From: Octopus vulgaris
Taxonomy: Eukaryota
DNA length: 64,000 nt
Reading direction: 5' to 3'
Assembly (NCBI GenBank): GCA_951406725.2
Contig: OX597829.1
Coordinates: forward strand, 37,324,001 to 37,388,000
The first letter of the stretch is position 1. Each line of letters begins with the position of its first letter. Shown here in pieces: positions 11,317 through 24,184 of this stretch. The translations under genes and the position numbers were made by a program. The notes beneath the pieces were generated by a model. It did not search any database. It was given only the letters and a program-made list of their open reading frames with translations, and was not told where the DNA came from.

Positions 11317-13599
11317 TGCTGATGACAGCGGTGAATTCTTATTCCCTTAACGTGATAAACCTTAACCCCCCCCCCCACCACCACCACCACCCATCCACTT
11401 CCCACCAACGAGATTTTCCTTTGTACAGAAACCAAACAAAAAAAAACAAAAACTTTACTAATCAAAAATGTATGAAAATTTTTTGTAATGTAGATGAGCC
11501 AATGTTTTCTCTACATTATTATTTTTATGAAATCTGTATGTCCTCTGTTTCCAAATTTTGTGACTTTTTTTTTCCCTACTGTTTCACCCTTCCAACAGTT
11601 TGCTTTCATTCTTGAGCAATTGTACGCACATGTGCGTGCACACACACACACATCCTTTATTCAGTAACTTTCTCTTTCTCATGCTATCCTTTCCTTGCTT
11701 TCCATCTATCACACACACATACATACATGTGTGGATGTATACATGTACATAATTGACTGTCCATTCTCTAAGCACATAAACATAAAATCCCCAATTAATT
11801 TTAAATTATCTCCCATTTTCTTTGAGTTACTAAAAATTGCCACTAGGCTCTTTCTTGCTCCAATTAAGGAACGGCATCCAGTACACACACACACACACAC
11901 ACATTCTTTTTCAAGTGTCCTTATTACTTTTAATAGCATCTATCATTTCAGCCTAACTATATTATGGCTGTTTACACACTACATAAATGCACATGTGTAT
12001 TCATCATATACAAATTGTCCAAGTGTTCAAATTCCATAAGCCCAATAACATTTAAATCCTTGTTTCTTAAGTGATGTTTGTGTGTGTTTTGTGAGAGTAT
12101 GTAACACAAGTGTTGAACATTTCAATGCCACCAGCACCACTACCTTCTGTACTTTGTCGCTGCTACTTTTATCAACTTTGTGAAGGATCAAGCAAAGTTA
12201 ATTTGGATATAGAGGAGAGAAAACCAAATATGCACTGATTCTGACATCCTTTGCCATATGCTCAGATGGGTTTCCATTTAATTTTGGTCTACCACTGGAA
12301 GATTTCGGTCAACCCAAGTCTGTAGTAGAAATACCAATGTGCCAATATGATTGTAAAAAAAAAAAAAAAAATCATCTTTACCATACAACCATACTTTTTT
12401 TTTATGAAACAATACTTAGGTATTGTATTTGAAACTATTTTCAACTCAGTTTTGCTGGTAGAATTGTGATTTTCTTAACAGACAGTCTGTTAAACTAGGT
12501 TGATACTCATAAATTTCTCTGTGAATATATAACTTATGGTGTGCAATATTGGACATGTTATGCACCGTCCTTTGTGAACTGAGATTTAGGCATCCAATCA
12601 TTTATTTTGCCTGCATTTATGTTTCTAGTCAGTCTTTATCCCATACATGCTTATACTTTCCAATGTCCCCCACCCCCGCCCTTGACAAAGGAGAAAGGTC
12701 TGCAAAACTGAGAAGTGAGGAAGGGAAGAAACCATGACTCAAAGGTTTCCTATCCTAGCTGTATGTTTCGATACCAAATTATATTGAGGTTGGGGTTGTA
12801 TTATGAATCTTTGCTGATATAGGGACTCTGCTAAAAGTACTCGAGGACCAAGTGAGTGCTGGTAGATTGTAGATTTTTGTTTTGTCTTTTGTTTTGTCTT
12901 TATGAACTAACCATTGCTTCATAACCATTGTTTGATTATATTTGCATTTCTTTTTGCTTTCAATGGGGTCTCATTATTTAACCAATCAGTTGGACAGGTA
13001 ATAAATTTGTACAGCTACATGTTTATTTTTTTTAAAAAATGGTTAATACTGCTTAGATAGATAGATGTGATGGAGTCAACATTTGAAGAATAAGACTTGG
13101 ATTCCGTGCTCTAAGACTCTCTGCTTTGACTGACTGACGAACAGTTTCATCCGTATCTTGATCATCATTCAGTCCATTATATATTTCATTTGAGAGCATA
13201 CATCAGATCTCCAAAACGGCTGTCTTCTATCATTTAATATCAACAATCAAAAAGAAAAAAAAAGGTCAGTTCAGTTTTTTTATTATTTTCAAAAGAATAC
13301 CTCAAGAATGATTCAGATCTCTCTTCTACTTTCTTATTTTCTTTATATTATTTGACTGCATTTTCTTCATCTACTCTCCTTGCTAATTTCACTCACTGGA
13401 GCAATGTTAACATCTAAATATCCTTCCAATTATTTTGTTCTTTTTGGAAGGTTTTAGACAAGCATGTACATATTCCACAAGCACATTATAAATGTGATAA
13501 TGTTTGAGACTTTTTTCTTTTTTTTTTTGGTAAAACCATTTGCAGAGGTGATTTCAGAGTTATGTTTTTTTCCCCCATTGTTTTTTTTCTTTCTTTTTT

Positions 13600-14950
13600 C
13601 CCCTTTTTTTTGTTTTCTTTTTCTTTTTTGGAAACAACTTGAAAGCTCTGCATATTTGATGCTAGCAAGTTCATGGTATCATCTGAAAATGCATGGCGTT
13701 TCAGGACCTTCCTCTGGATGGCAACATTGCAAACCAATGGGGTCCTGTTTGCTAGATCAACTGGTTATCTGGTTTCACTCGATATTCTAGCCATTATTTA
13801 TTTCTTTTTAATCAAATCCAGTGGCTTCCATTTTCCATTGGAGTTTGGATATCATTCATATTTTTTTTGCGATGAGTTAGGCCTAGTGACAAGTCTCCTC
13901 ACACTGTCCAACCAATGAATCATCTGCATCTGAATTTGATTGGCAAATGCTCTGCTTTCCAGCCTGTGTCTTCATTTTCACCATATGATATGCAGTTTCT
14001 TCGTAACTGGAATGGGAAAGAATCCTTGGCACCCTGGTAAATCTGCAGCCACCTCCCAGTAGCTGTTCCACTTTTAATTGCTTACAGGAAGTTTCTTCAA
14101 ATGGATCTATTGTCCTGAATGCATGAAGATAATGAAATCCCTGGTTCTTCAGTGGCTTTTTGCTACTGTTGATAGCAATTTAGTTTTTTATAGCATTGAA
14201 GATGATCTTAAAGACTAGACTGTCTCCATGTATTCAATGCCAGTGAATAGTTAAAAAGAATGTTTCCATGTTCCAACTTTTCCACATCTACATTTTTCAT
14301 TTTCTGATATGTTCCAAGACATCGTAGGATGAATGAATTAGAAAACTTAGACATTATGTAATCCAATTCTGTATTGTGTTCCAATTTATTTCTCTTTCAA
14401 CTATGTGTTCCTCCTATTTCGTCATCTGTCCTTGTTGAGAGCATTGAATCAAATTAGTTATTTCTGTCTCAGAGTGTAAGTGAAGACAGGATATCATCAG
14501 TCTCTGCTTCTGCTTTCCACCTCCCCAATTTTTATTTTTGACGTGTATCTTCTCAAATAAGTTAGTAGTAGCAGTAGTTCAGTCATTGTTAATGTCACTG
14601 TGGAGTGTTCTTTGGCTACTCCTTCTGAAGTGAATCAAACCTCGACAGTGGCAAATATTTTTTCCCCCTTGCCACTGGCATGTTCAATTGTTTTTTTTGT
14701 TTTTTAGGGCATACGTTTTATATATTGATTTTTCACACAATTCTTTGCGTTATTTCAGAAGGCAGAATGTTGTTTACATTTCAACTGTCTCTTTTTAGAA
14801 GGCTATTAAATTTTTTAAAATCTTCAGTGTAAATATTTAACTTTTCCTGGTTGATTGTAGCTGCCAATGCAAAACTGCGACTGCTGCTGTTTTATGTTTT
14901 TTTGGTATTTTTCCCTTTTTCGTTAGTGATTGGTGTTCATTGTGTTTAGT
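13600..14950 (-). mobile_element. Highly degenerate Tx1/L1-clade LINE remnant
   Basis: Minus-strand FATVEV*FTSEGVAKEHSTVTL...LTYLRRYTSKIKI at ~14530-14655 aligns with the ORF1 pieces at 49379-49576 and ~23500-23590; weaker ORF2-like traces downstream. Confidence 0.5.
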
Positions 14951-15420
14951 TTTGCAGTGATAGTATTAGCTATTGAAACAGCTGGGTTCCCTTCCTTTCT
15001 CTCTCCACAAGGTGGAGGCACATTCCTCTCTCAGCATGGTTTCCATGTTGTCAGATGCTATTTGTGTTTCGAACAAAAATGTTAGACTGTCCATCATACT
15101 GATGGGGTGGCAACTCACCTCCAAAGGGGTCATCTTTTCATGTTTGGTGAAACTTCAGCTGTCAAGTGAGTTCAGTTTCACAAATGTACAAACATACAAA
15201 ACAATTCACAACTTAGGATTTGAACAAGCTAGCAAAACAGAACAGAAAAAAAAAAACACATCCATTCTGTAGAAATTGTCAAACTAGTTAAAAATTGCTT
15301 CTTCGTTGCTGTAGTGAGTACTATTATTCATATGCTTCCAACAGCGATTGGCTGGAATCTTCCACAGCACAACTGAGTTATGTTACATCAACAAAATAGA
15401 TTCCAAACTTTTGTTGAACT

Positions 15421-15815
15421 CTTGGCGTTCAGTTGGAAATAGACAGTGAAAGTACTTTGCACAAGACAACCTCATTGAACAAGCAGCTGCTCTGCCAAAG
15501 ACCACTCTCACAGCCTTCTTTCACCCATGCAAACTTGACTCCTTTGCAAAGTCTATTTTGTACACTGAAGTGCCACATTATTATACATGGAATCAATCAT
15601 CTTCCCAGTGGCAACAGTGAAAACAAGGCCGTTCTACGAGGTTCGATTCAGCCTTGTACAAAGGTGACAGAATTGGACGTGTCTACACAGTTGACCCCTT
15701 CAAATCTGAAAGCTTCAATCTGTGACTGTTCATGTCATGAAGGGACCAACCTCTTTCGACTTTGGCACAGTGGACGGCCACTTCTGCAGCACTTACAAAG
15801 CAAAGATGCCTGCTC
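15421..15815 (+). mobile_element. Helitron Rep/helicase fragment
   Basis: Frameshifted PKTTLTAFF...ILYTEVPHYYTWNQSSSQWQ...IGRVYTVDP...TVDGHFCSTYK matches a conserved Helitron RepHel region; paralog at 37991-38500. Confidence 0.8.
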
Positions 15816-16249
15816 CAAATGCTTAGTTTTTAGTCAATGTTGTATGAAATGAGCAATCCTCTTTGACTCTGGGAAATGCTCTTATTTTCTGTCTTAGATC
15901 TGGGTTCTTCATGAGGCCAAATTGACTTCCCTATTGTACTAGATTATTAGCAAATACTACACCTGAGAGTCTTTCTTTCTTCAGTTGGAACTTTAAAGAA
16001 TAATGTTTGAATTGTTTTGTTTGTGCAAATCCATCTTGTGGATCTTAGGTTCATTCTCAGCCCACTTTGAAGTTGCCATTTCACTAATATGGAAAAATGT
16101 TTTTATTTTCTTTGTTAAATCTGTATCTTTTTTGAGGACAAGTGAGATTACATTTTTATTTTTATGGTAAATTTGGCTCCTTGGTCTGCTAGACAATTAG
16201 CAATTACCACGCTACAAATTCTGTTTTTCTTGCTCAATTTCCACTTTAA

Positions 16250-16392
16250 CCCTTTAGTGTTCAGATTATTCTGTTAAATGTAATATTAAGAATGTCAATG
16301 TAGGTTAGATGGGAGAGGCTGGATCTGGCTAGTTTGAATATAAAACATGTGGAATATCTGGGCCAGATATGGCCGGTTTAAACACTAAAGGG
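16250..16392. mobile_element. piggyBac-type MITE (family 1)
   Basis: TTAA (16246-49), CCCTTTAGTGTT ... AACACTAAAGGG, TTAA (16393-96); inserted into a MIB-like module. Confidence 0.9.
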
Positions 16393-18289
16393 TTAAAGAA
16401 TGATTTATTATTTTTGTTTGTGCAAATCCATCTTGTGAATGTCAGTTTGGTTCTCAGCCCACTTTGAAGTTGCTGGTTCTTTGGATCTTTTATGTGACCC
16501 AGTGGGTTTATATTTATATTTTTTATTGTAGAGTTTGCTGCCTGACATCCTAGATTATTCGTAAATACTTTATCAGAAAGTCAGCCACTCTTGCTCAATT
16601 TGGACTACATCAAAATCTTTCTGATCACGAGGAATGTCCAACTTTCTACTCTGTAACTCTATTTCTTTCAATTATAATTCATTTTTAATTTCCATTTTCT
16701 TTGTTTCATTTTGAAATTCTAATTCCAACTTCCTCAACTCAAATTCTCCTGTTTTCTCTTATTTCAACAATGACAAAGCCGAGTGTGCTAGTCTTGCTCA
16801 ATTTGGTCTTTCCAAATTCCCCTTTCAGTGTTTTGTTAGAGCAAATCCATCTTATGAATCTTCAGTTGAGCTTCGTCAGGTGCCAGAGGTTAAAAGCCAA
16901 GAACAATGGAAAGCATCTAACAAAAAATCCACAAAGCTCTTTTCTTAATGAGGTTCAGTGGAGTCTGCTTCTTACTGTTTTTATAAACTTGGCTCCAATA
17001 TTTTCTAGATTATTCACAACTACAGCACAAGATCTATCTTTCTTGCTCAATTTGAGCCTTAGAAATTCATTTATGTTTTTGTTTGTACAAATAAATCGCG
17101 TGGACCTTGGAAAGTTATAATACATCAGAACTGTCTTGACCAACATTTTGGATAGTTTCATTTTGATATTGTTGAAGTCCTAGATGTTCTTGAGTCAAAT
17201 GTTCATGGCTCGTTTTCCATATCCATTTAACATTACACACAAAGGCTGTTATATATTCAAATCTGCCAACATGTCATACATTTTTTGGCATTCCTTCTCA
17301 GGATCTTGCATTTCCTTATATTTTCTGTTTATTCTTTTGTTGTCACATGGTCTTCAGTGAAGACACTAGTGATGGTCTAATGTATTGTTAGAATTAAAAC
17401 AAACATGATTATATACCCAATAGAATTTGTACATGTTTACATTGTCATTATCAATGAATACTGATGGTGATAGGGATACATTTTACTCTTAAATTTAGAC
17501 TTTCAATGAGGTCCCGTGGAGTCTGCTTCTTATTGTTTTTATAATAAACTTGACTTCTGTATGAGCTAAATTAGCAACTACAGTGCTACAAGATCTATCT
17601 TTCTTGCTCAATTGAGCTTTACAAATTCATCTTTCAGTGATTCTGTATGTACCTCTTGTGGATTTAAATACTAATAATTATTGGCTTGATTCACCCGTAT
17701 GTGCTTATAAAAAACAAAACAATGAAGTCTTAGGAATCAGTTATATTTTACATATATGGTAGACAATTATGTTTAATGATACATACCACTTGATTATTTT
17801 TCCTAATTTATTTAACAGGTAAGAAGTTATTACAAATTTATGTGTGTTACATTAATGCAACAGTGAGCACACAAGCCCTAGTACATGTTTTGTTAGTGCA
17901 ACGGTGGGCCACAGGTAACATAATGTATCATTATACAAAACATCTTACATCAAAAATGTTTACTAATTCAAATAAAATTGAAGCATTTTACACTCATTCT
18001 TTCTATTTCTAGGAAAAATATTTGGATTAGTGAAAATTAAAGCTAACATTGAGATTAGATAAGAATGACCGAGTATTTGAAATAATGATAATTAAACTAA
18101 ACAAACTATAGAACTGATTGAAACCTTTATGAAGATTTTACTTTGAAACTATAATTATCATTGTAATACAGCATAATACATAATCACAAAACATTAAAAT
18201 ATACATTCTGTCTAAATCTAACCTTTTTCTTTTCTGTTATTATGTAATGTAAGATGATTCACAGGACTTCTTCCCAAAACTTCACTAAG

Positions 18290-18500
18290 ACTGCATTCTG
18301 TGATAGAGGCACGCTTGACATGCATAGGAACTTTGCATTTCCTGCACATGTATAGTTTGACTCTTGCATTGCCGACATCTTCAACGGTTTTCTGGTTCAC
18401 TCTTTGATGTATCATGACCTATGTTGTCTTATCTTTCCTCATTGATACTTGCTCTAGATGCAACAAGCAGTTTTGTTTTCTGGCATTTATGGGTGGTGAG
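18290..18500 (-). mobile_element. piggyBac transposase C-terminal cysteine-rich domain fragment
   Basis: Minus strand R*DNIGH...R*RCRQCKSQTI, then frameshift to YMCRKCKVPMHVK; PGBD3-like CRD. Duplicate at 43835-44045. Confidence 0.7.
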
Positions 18501-18509
18501 GCTCAGTGA

Positions 18510-19585
18510 GATTACTTTCTTATTTTTATGATAAATTCCGCTCCCTGGTTGGCTAGATATTTAGCAATTATCATGTTAAAAAATCTGTCATCTTTGCTCA
18601 ATTTGAGCTTTATAGATTCATGTTTCAATATTTTTGTTTGTGCAGAGCCATTGTGGGGATGTCAGTTTGGTTCTCAGCCCACTTTGAAGTGGCTGATTCT
18701 CTAATAAACCCCTAAATGGAAGCAGATTGCCATCGCCTGTGAAGACTTGTAGTGATGCGAAATAAGTCTTTATTTCTTTTGTTAAATCTGGATCATATCT
18801 CCTTGAAACTTATATTTCCAGAGAAATCTGCTTCTTCTTTTTTGGGAGAAAATTGGCTCCTTGATCTAATAGGTAACTAGCAACTACTATACTAGAAAGC
18901 CTGTCTTGCTCATTTTGATCTTTACAAATTCCCAATTGAATATTTTTGTTTGTGCAAGTTCATTTTGTGGATCTTAGATTGAGCTTCACCAAGAACCTAC
19001 ACATACAGCTGATATTCACTCCATCTATGAAGTTACTGTTTTGTTTGCTTTACGTTGTTCCATAGAGTATTAATCATTCTATGTAGACATTGACTTTAAT
19101 GCAGTCTCAATTTTACATTCATTAATTGATCACTGAAAAGATTGGAAGACATTGGTGTTTTAATGAAAATTGAAACATGTATTTATTTGTACCTAATCAA
19201 GTCTCTGGAAAATACTTTCATTTCCTTTCTTAGATCCGGATTCTTCATTAGGACAAATGCACTCTCCTATCGTGTTACATTATTAGCAAATATTGCACCA
19301 GAGAATTTCTTTTTTTTGCTCAATATGAGCTTTACAAATTCATCATTCCATCTGTTCTTTAAATCGATCTTGTGGAGGATGTTTCTCCAAGTATTCTCCG
19401 ACATCTAACATGGAGTTGGCATTTTTTCTTTTAAACTTGGAATGTTAATTAGGTCTGGTGAAGTCATCTTCTTGGATCTGGTTTCCAATCTTCAACTTCC
19501 TGATAGAAATCCCGTCTTTCTAGATCGTTTTAAGCTTTAGAAATTCATTGTTCAATGTTTTTCTTTGTGTAAATCTATTTTGTGG
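18510..19585. repeat. ~1.07 kb block M1 (first of 7 copies)
   Basis: Near-identical copies begin at ~18510, 24185, 26720, 29250, 33620, 44055 and 46735 (last truncated at 47660); each holds about 3.5 MIB-like modules. Confidence 0.9.
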
Positions 19586-21470
19586 ATCTCCATTGCAGCT
19601 TGGTCAAGGACTGCATATAAACTTGACTCTTAGCCTAACTTCGGAGAAAGCGGAGGGAGAAAATGGAAAGGAAAGACAGAAAAAATGCAAATTAAAATAT
19701 TCCAACAAGCAAGAAGTAATGGTGCCCTCACCATCTTTCTTTGCTGACATCCATGCCATTCTGCTGTAGTAGTTTTACAGTGTCTTTGTGTCCCTTGTAA
19801 CAGGCAAAATGTAGGTCTGCAAGCATCTCTGTCCTCCGAGCAGGCAGAATCATTATTCCATTGGACAAAATGCTTAGTGGCACTTCTTCCGACTCCTTAC
19901 ATTCGGAGTTCAAATCCTTCATCTTTCTTTGCTGACATCAGTGCCATTCTGGCGTAGTAGTTTTACGTTTCTGTATCCATTTTAACAGGCAAATGTAGAA
20001 GTTTGCAAGCATCTCTGTCCTTTGAGCAGGCAGAATGTTGTGGATCTCCATTTCAGCTTGGTGAAGGACTGCATATAAACCTGACTTTTACTCTAAATTT
20101 GGAGGAATAGGAGTGAGAAAATAGAAAGGAAAGAAAGAAAAAATGCAAATTAAAATATTCCAAGAAGTAATGGTGCCTTCACCATCTTTCTTTGCTGACA
20201 TCAGTGCCATTCTGGTGTAGTAGTTTTACGTTTCTGTATCCATTTTAACAGGCAAAATGTAGAAGTCTGCAAGCATCTCTGTCCTCTGAGCAGGCAGAAT
20301 CATTATTCCATTGGACAAAATGCTTAGTGGTACTTCTTCCAAGTTCTTACATTCGGTGTTCAAATCCTCCTCAAGTCACTACTAAAGAGAGAAAGAAGGC
20401 AGTAACCTGACAGACTTGTTAGCACACTGGGAAAAATGCTTAGTGGCATTTTGTCCATCTTTACATTCTAAGTTCAAGTTCCTTTGAGGTTGACTTTTAC
20501 CTTTTTAAAAAAAGCAATGTTAGTTTTAAGCCTTTTATTCATGAAATAATTTGGAACAGCCACTTTGTTGCTGTAGGGCGTTCTTTACCTCAGGCAGATC
20601 ACTGCCATTTTATTCATACACCTGCAGCTCTTATTGGCTGAAATCATCCACAGTACAACTGAATTCAGTGCCATTTTGCTGTAGTAGTTTTACAATGTCC
20701 GTGCATCCATTGAAAGAGGCAAAATGTAGAAGTCTGCAATCATCTCTCTCCTGTGAGCAGGCAGAATTTTGTGGATCTCCATTTCAGCTTGGTGAAGGAC
20801 TGCATATAAACCTAGTTTTACTCTAACTTTGGAGGAATAGGAGGGAGAAAATAGAAAGAAAAGAAAGAAAAAATGCAAAATAAAATATTCCAACAAGCAA
20901 GAAATAATGGTGCCCTCACCATCTTTCTTTGCTGACATCCATGCCATTTTGCTGTAGGAGTTTTGCTGTGTCTGTATATCCGTGAAAAGAGGCAAAATTT
21001 AGAAGCCTGCAATCATCTCTGTCCTGTGAGCAGGCAGAATTTTGTGGATCTCCATTTCAGCTTGGTCAAGGACTGCATATAAACCTGACTTTTACTCTAA
21101 CTTTGGGAGGAAAAGGAGGGAGAAAATGGAAAGGAAAGAAAGAAAAATTGCAAAGTAAAATATTCCAACAAGCAAGAAGTAATGGTGCCCTCATCATCTT
21201 TCTTTGCTGACAACAGTGCCATTCTGGTGTACTAGTTTTACAGTGTCTGTGTATCCATTAAAAGAGGCAAAATGTAGACGTCTGCAAGCATCTCTGTCCT
21301 GTGAGCAGGCAGAATCAGACCATTGGACAAAATGCTTAGTGGCACCTCTTCAAACTTCTTACATCAGTACCATTCTGCTGTAGTAATTTTACAACGTCTG
21401 TGTATCCGTTAAAAGAGGCAAAATTTAGAAGTCTGCAACCATCTCTGTCCTCTCAGCAAGCAGAATCAGA
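19585..21470 (-). pseudogene. Cluster of ~270 bp frameshifted ankyrin units interleaved with SINE heads
   Basis: Minus strand LHFACYKGHKDTVKLLQQNGMDV / AKKDG / RAPLLLACWN forms a canonical ankyrin repeat split over three frames. Confidence 0.8.
20288..20505 (+). mobile_element. Tandem dimer of SINE family B heads (representative copy)
   Basis: Two successive tRNA-like heads (ggcagaatcatt...gttcaaatcc; gacagacttgttagcac...gttcaagttcc), then a T-run. Other copies near 21460, 25785, 28313, 30843, 34963, 36828, 41470, 45850 and 48950. Confidence 0.7.
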
Positions 21471-21838
21471 TCATTTGACAAAATCTTAGTGGCACTTCTT
21501 CCAAGTTCTTACATTTGGCGTTCAAATCCTTCTCAGGTCACTAGCAAAGAGAAAAAGAAGGCAGCAACCTGACAGAATTGTTAGCACACTGGGAAAAATG
21601 CTTAGAGGCATTTTGTCCATCTTTACATTCTGAGTTCAAGTTCTTCTGAGGTTGACTTTTTTATATTTTTAAAAAAGAGCTGTTACTTTTGGGCATTGTA
21701 TTCATTAATTAATTTGGAACAACCATTTTATTGCTGTAGCGCGTTCATTATCTAGGACAGATCACTGCCATTTTATTCATACGCCTGCAGCTCTTATTGG
21801 CTGAATTCTTCCACAGTACAATTGAATTGTACCACAGA

Positions 21839-22608
21839 ATCATCATCATTTTTAACGTCCGTTTTCCATGCTAGCATGGGTTGGATGGTTCGACCGGGGT
21901 CTGGGAAGCCAAGAGGCTGCACTAAGCTCCAGTCTGATCTGGCACTGTTTCTACAACTGGATGCCCTTCCTAACATCAACCACTCCATGAGTGTAGTGGG
22001 TGCTTTTTACATGCCACTGGCATAAGTGCCAGGGGAAGCTGGCAATGATCGGTAGGTGTTTTTACATGCCACTGGCACGGCAGCCAGTCAAGGCAGCTCT
22101 GGCATTGGCCTCATACGGATGGTGCTTTTTTAGATGCCACGGTAGGCTGGCAACAGCCACGATTGGTCATTGCTTTTTACGTGCCACTAGCACAGAATCC
22201 AGTCAAGGCGGCACTGGCATCAGCCACATACGGATGGTGCACTTTACGAGCCACCAGCCCAGTTATCACAACTACAATTTCCATTTGATTTTTTGATGTT
22301 GATGGTAATGTACTTGACTCAATAGGTCTCCTCAAGCACAGCAGGTCGCCCTATGATCCAAGACAAGTACCGCAGGCCGTCCTGCGATCCAAGGCACCTT
22401 GGAAGGGCTGGGGCTTCTATGTGAAGCTGGTGCAGCAAACAGCCATGAACTCACATTATTTGTCAGGTCTTCGCAGTCACAGCATATCTCCAGAGGTCTC
22501 GGTCTTTCGTCATTGCCTCTGTGAAACCCAATGTTCGAAGGTCATGCTTGACCACCTCATCCCATGTCTTCCTGGGTCTACCTCTACCCCGGATTCCTTC
22601 AACTGTTT
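21839..22608 (-). mobile_element. 5'-truncated RTE LINE (copy 1 of 3 created by duplication)
   Basis: Minus-strand TVEGIRGRGRPRKTWDEVVKHDLRTLGFTEAMTKDRDLWRYAV is an RTE ORF2 C-terminus; 3' UTR has short internal repeats and a (GAT)n tail. Confidence 0.85.
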
Positions 22609-22789
22609 TAAGCAAAGACATAAATTCTTCTCGTCTCACTACAGGTTTTTATTTCCTTTCTTAGATCCAGATTAATTTTGAGGTCAAGAAGCTATTTTGT
22701 TAAGGTTCAGTGGAGTCTGCTTCTTCCTGTTTTTACAAACTTTTTATAAATTTTATAAACATAAGTCACTAGGTCTTACAAATTCAATT

Positions 22790-23600
22790 GGGTTAAGAGA
22801 AAGGAACATGTTCTGCAAGTCACAACCCATGGTTTCTGTGACAGCCAATGAGGAAATTGAATTCCTCATGCAGAGAGCCTTACGGCACTCTGCATGCCAT
22901 TCACGTAGCCTGGGTCTCCACTTGATCCACGGTTCCAGTTCACTGAAAAATGAACTTCACAGAGACCGTTTGCCACCACTTCTGCCTCCTCTGTCAGGGA
23001 CAGCTGCCTTCCAGACTGCGTTTGGGTAATTAATATTGGCTCAAATGCAGTAGGGTAGAGGTGGGGTGGGGGACTCAGAACATGACAACTGACTGCTGTT
23101 AAGCATTTTGCCCCAAGTTTCAGTACAACGCCTAACAATTTGGAAGGGTGTTCAGCTGGTACCTTATTTCATCTAGTTTATATTTGGGGTTCTGGACCAA
23201 AAGAAACTTCCCTACATTTTCACTGGAGCATTCATCCAACGCCCCACAATGCTGTATGACGGCATCAACTTGTCTCTCAAGTACCGAGCTGGAAGTCGAC
23301 TGACTTGTCCTGGTTTATTCTTGCTCCTGCTACTGTCTGATCTTCCTTTGACATCACCCACTTGTCACAGGTTGTTGCCACTGGATACGATGATGGTGAT
23401 GTCATCTGCATATGCTGTTACAATTCCTACAAAACCGAGATCTCATTTGGCGACACCCAAAGCCTCTACCTTCTGCAGTAAGGCCTCTCACTTCCGATGT
23501 CCATTTTCCCAGATAAGTGGGGAAGAGAACAATTTCAGATGACTTTAATGGCTCTGTTGAATGGTTTCTAGCAATTTCCTTGCTATGCCAAAAGATCCAC
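22790..23600 (-). mobile_element. Internally deleted Tx1-clade LINE fragment
   Basis: ORF1-like EIARNHSTEPLKSSEIVLFPTYLGK joined to RT motif VTAYADDITII (23401-23415) and AGARINQDKSVDFQLGT. Confidence 0.75.
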
Positions 23601-23724
23601 ATGAACAAAAACTGTGAAAGATGAAGAAGAAAGAGTTTGAACCTCACAAAAAGTGGCAAAAATCCTGTGTTGGAAAATCTATCCAACCCATGCAAGTGTG
23701 GCAAAACAGATCTTTAACTTGGCT

Positions 23725-24005
23725 TCGTTATTAGACTGTGATCATGCTGCGGCATCACCTTGAAGAAATTTTAGATGAATGAATCCACCTCAGGACTTGT
23801 TTTTCATTTTGTTTTTTTTATAAATCCTTGTACTTATTCTATCTATCTCCTTTGCCAAACTTCTAAGTTACAGAGAAATAAACACAACACTGCTTGTCAA
23901 ACAGTGGCAGGGGACAGACAGACATAATAATACACACGCACAGATATATATATATATCTGGGCTTCTTTCAGTTTCTATCAAATTTACTCACAAGCCTTT
24001 GGTTG
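23725..24005 (-). mobile_element. SINE family A, head truncated (duplicate at ~33167-33445)
   Basis: Matches 6445-6640. Confidence 0.7.
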
Positions 24006-24017
24006 AAATTAGGTAGT

Positions 24018-24135
24018 GCTACACTGGGTTTAAGAGGGTAGCTGCTGGAAGACCCTACGTTTGGCAACAGGACTCTGCACAATGCCACACAAGCAGGAGA
24101 GCCCAGTCATGGCTGTCAGACAATCTCTACAACAA
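24018..24135 (+). mobile_element. Tc1/mariner (maT-like) catalytic fragment (duplicate at ~33460-33575)
   Basis: RVAAGRPYVWQQDSAQCHTSRRAQSWLSDN contains the QQDxA catalytic Asp motif. Confidence 0.75.
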
Positions 24136-24184
24136 AATCAAGCCTAATTCCTTTTTTGATAAAACTGGATCCTCCTTGAGCCCA

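Noticed and set aside
13000-13005. Hv1 polyadenylation signal AATAAA
   Set aside because: The hexamer is common in AT-rich DNA and cannot be assigned without transcript data.
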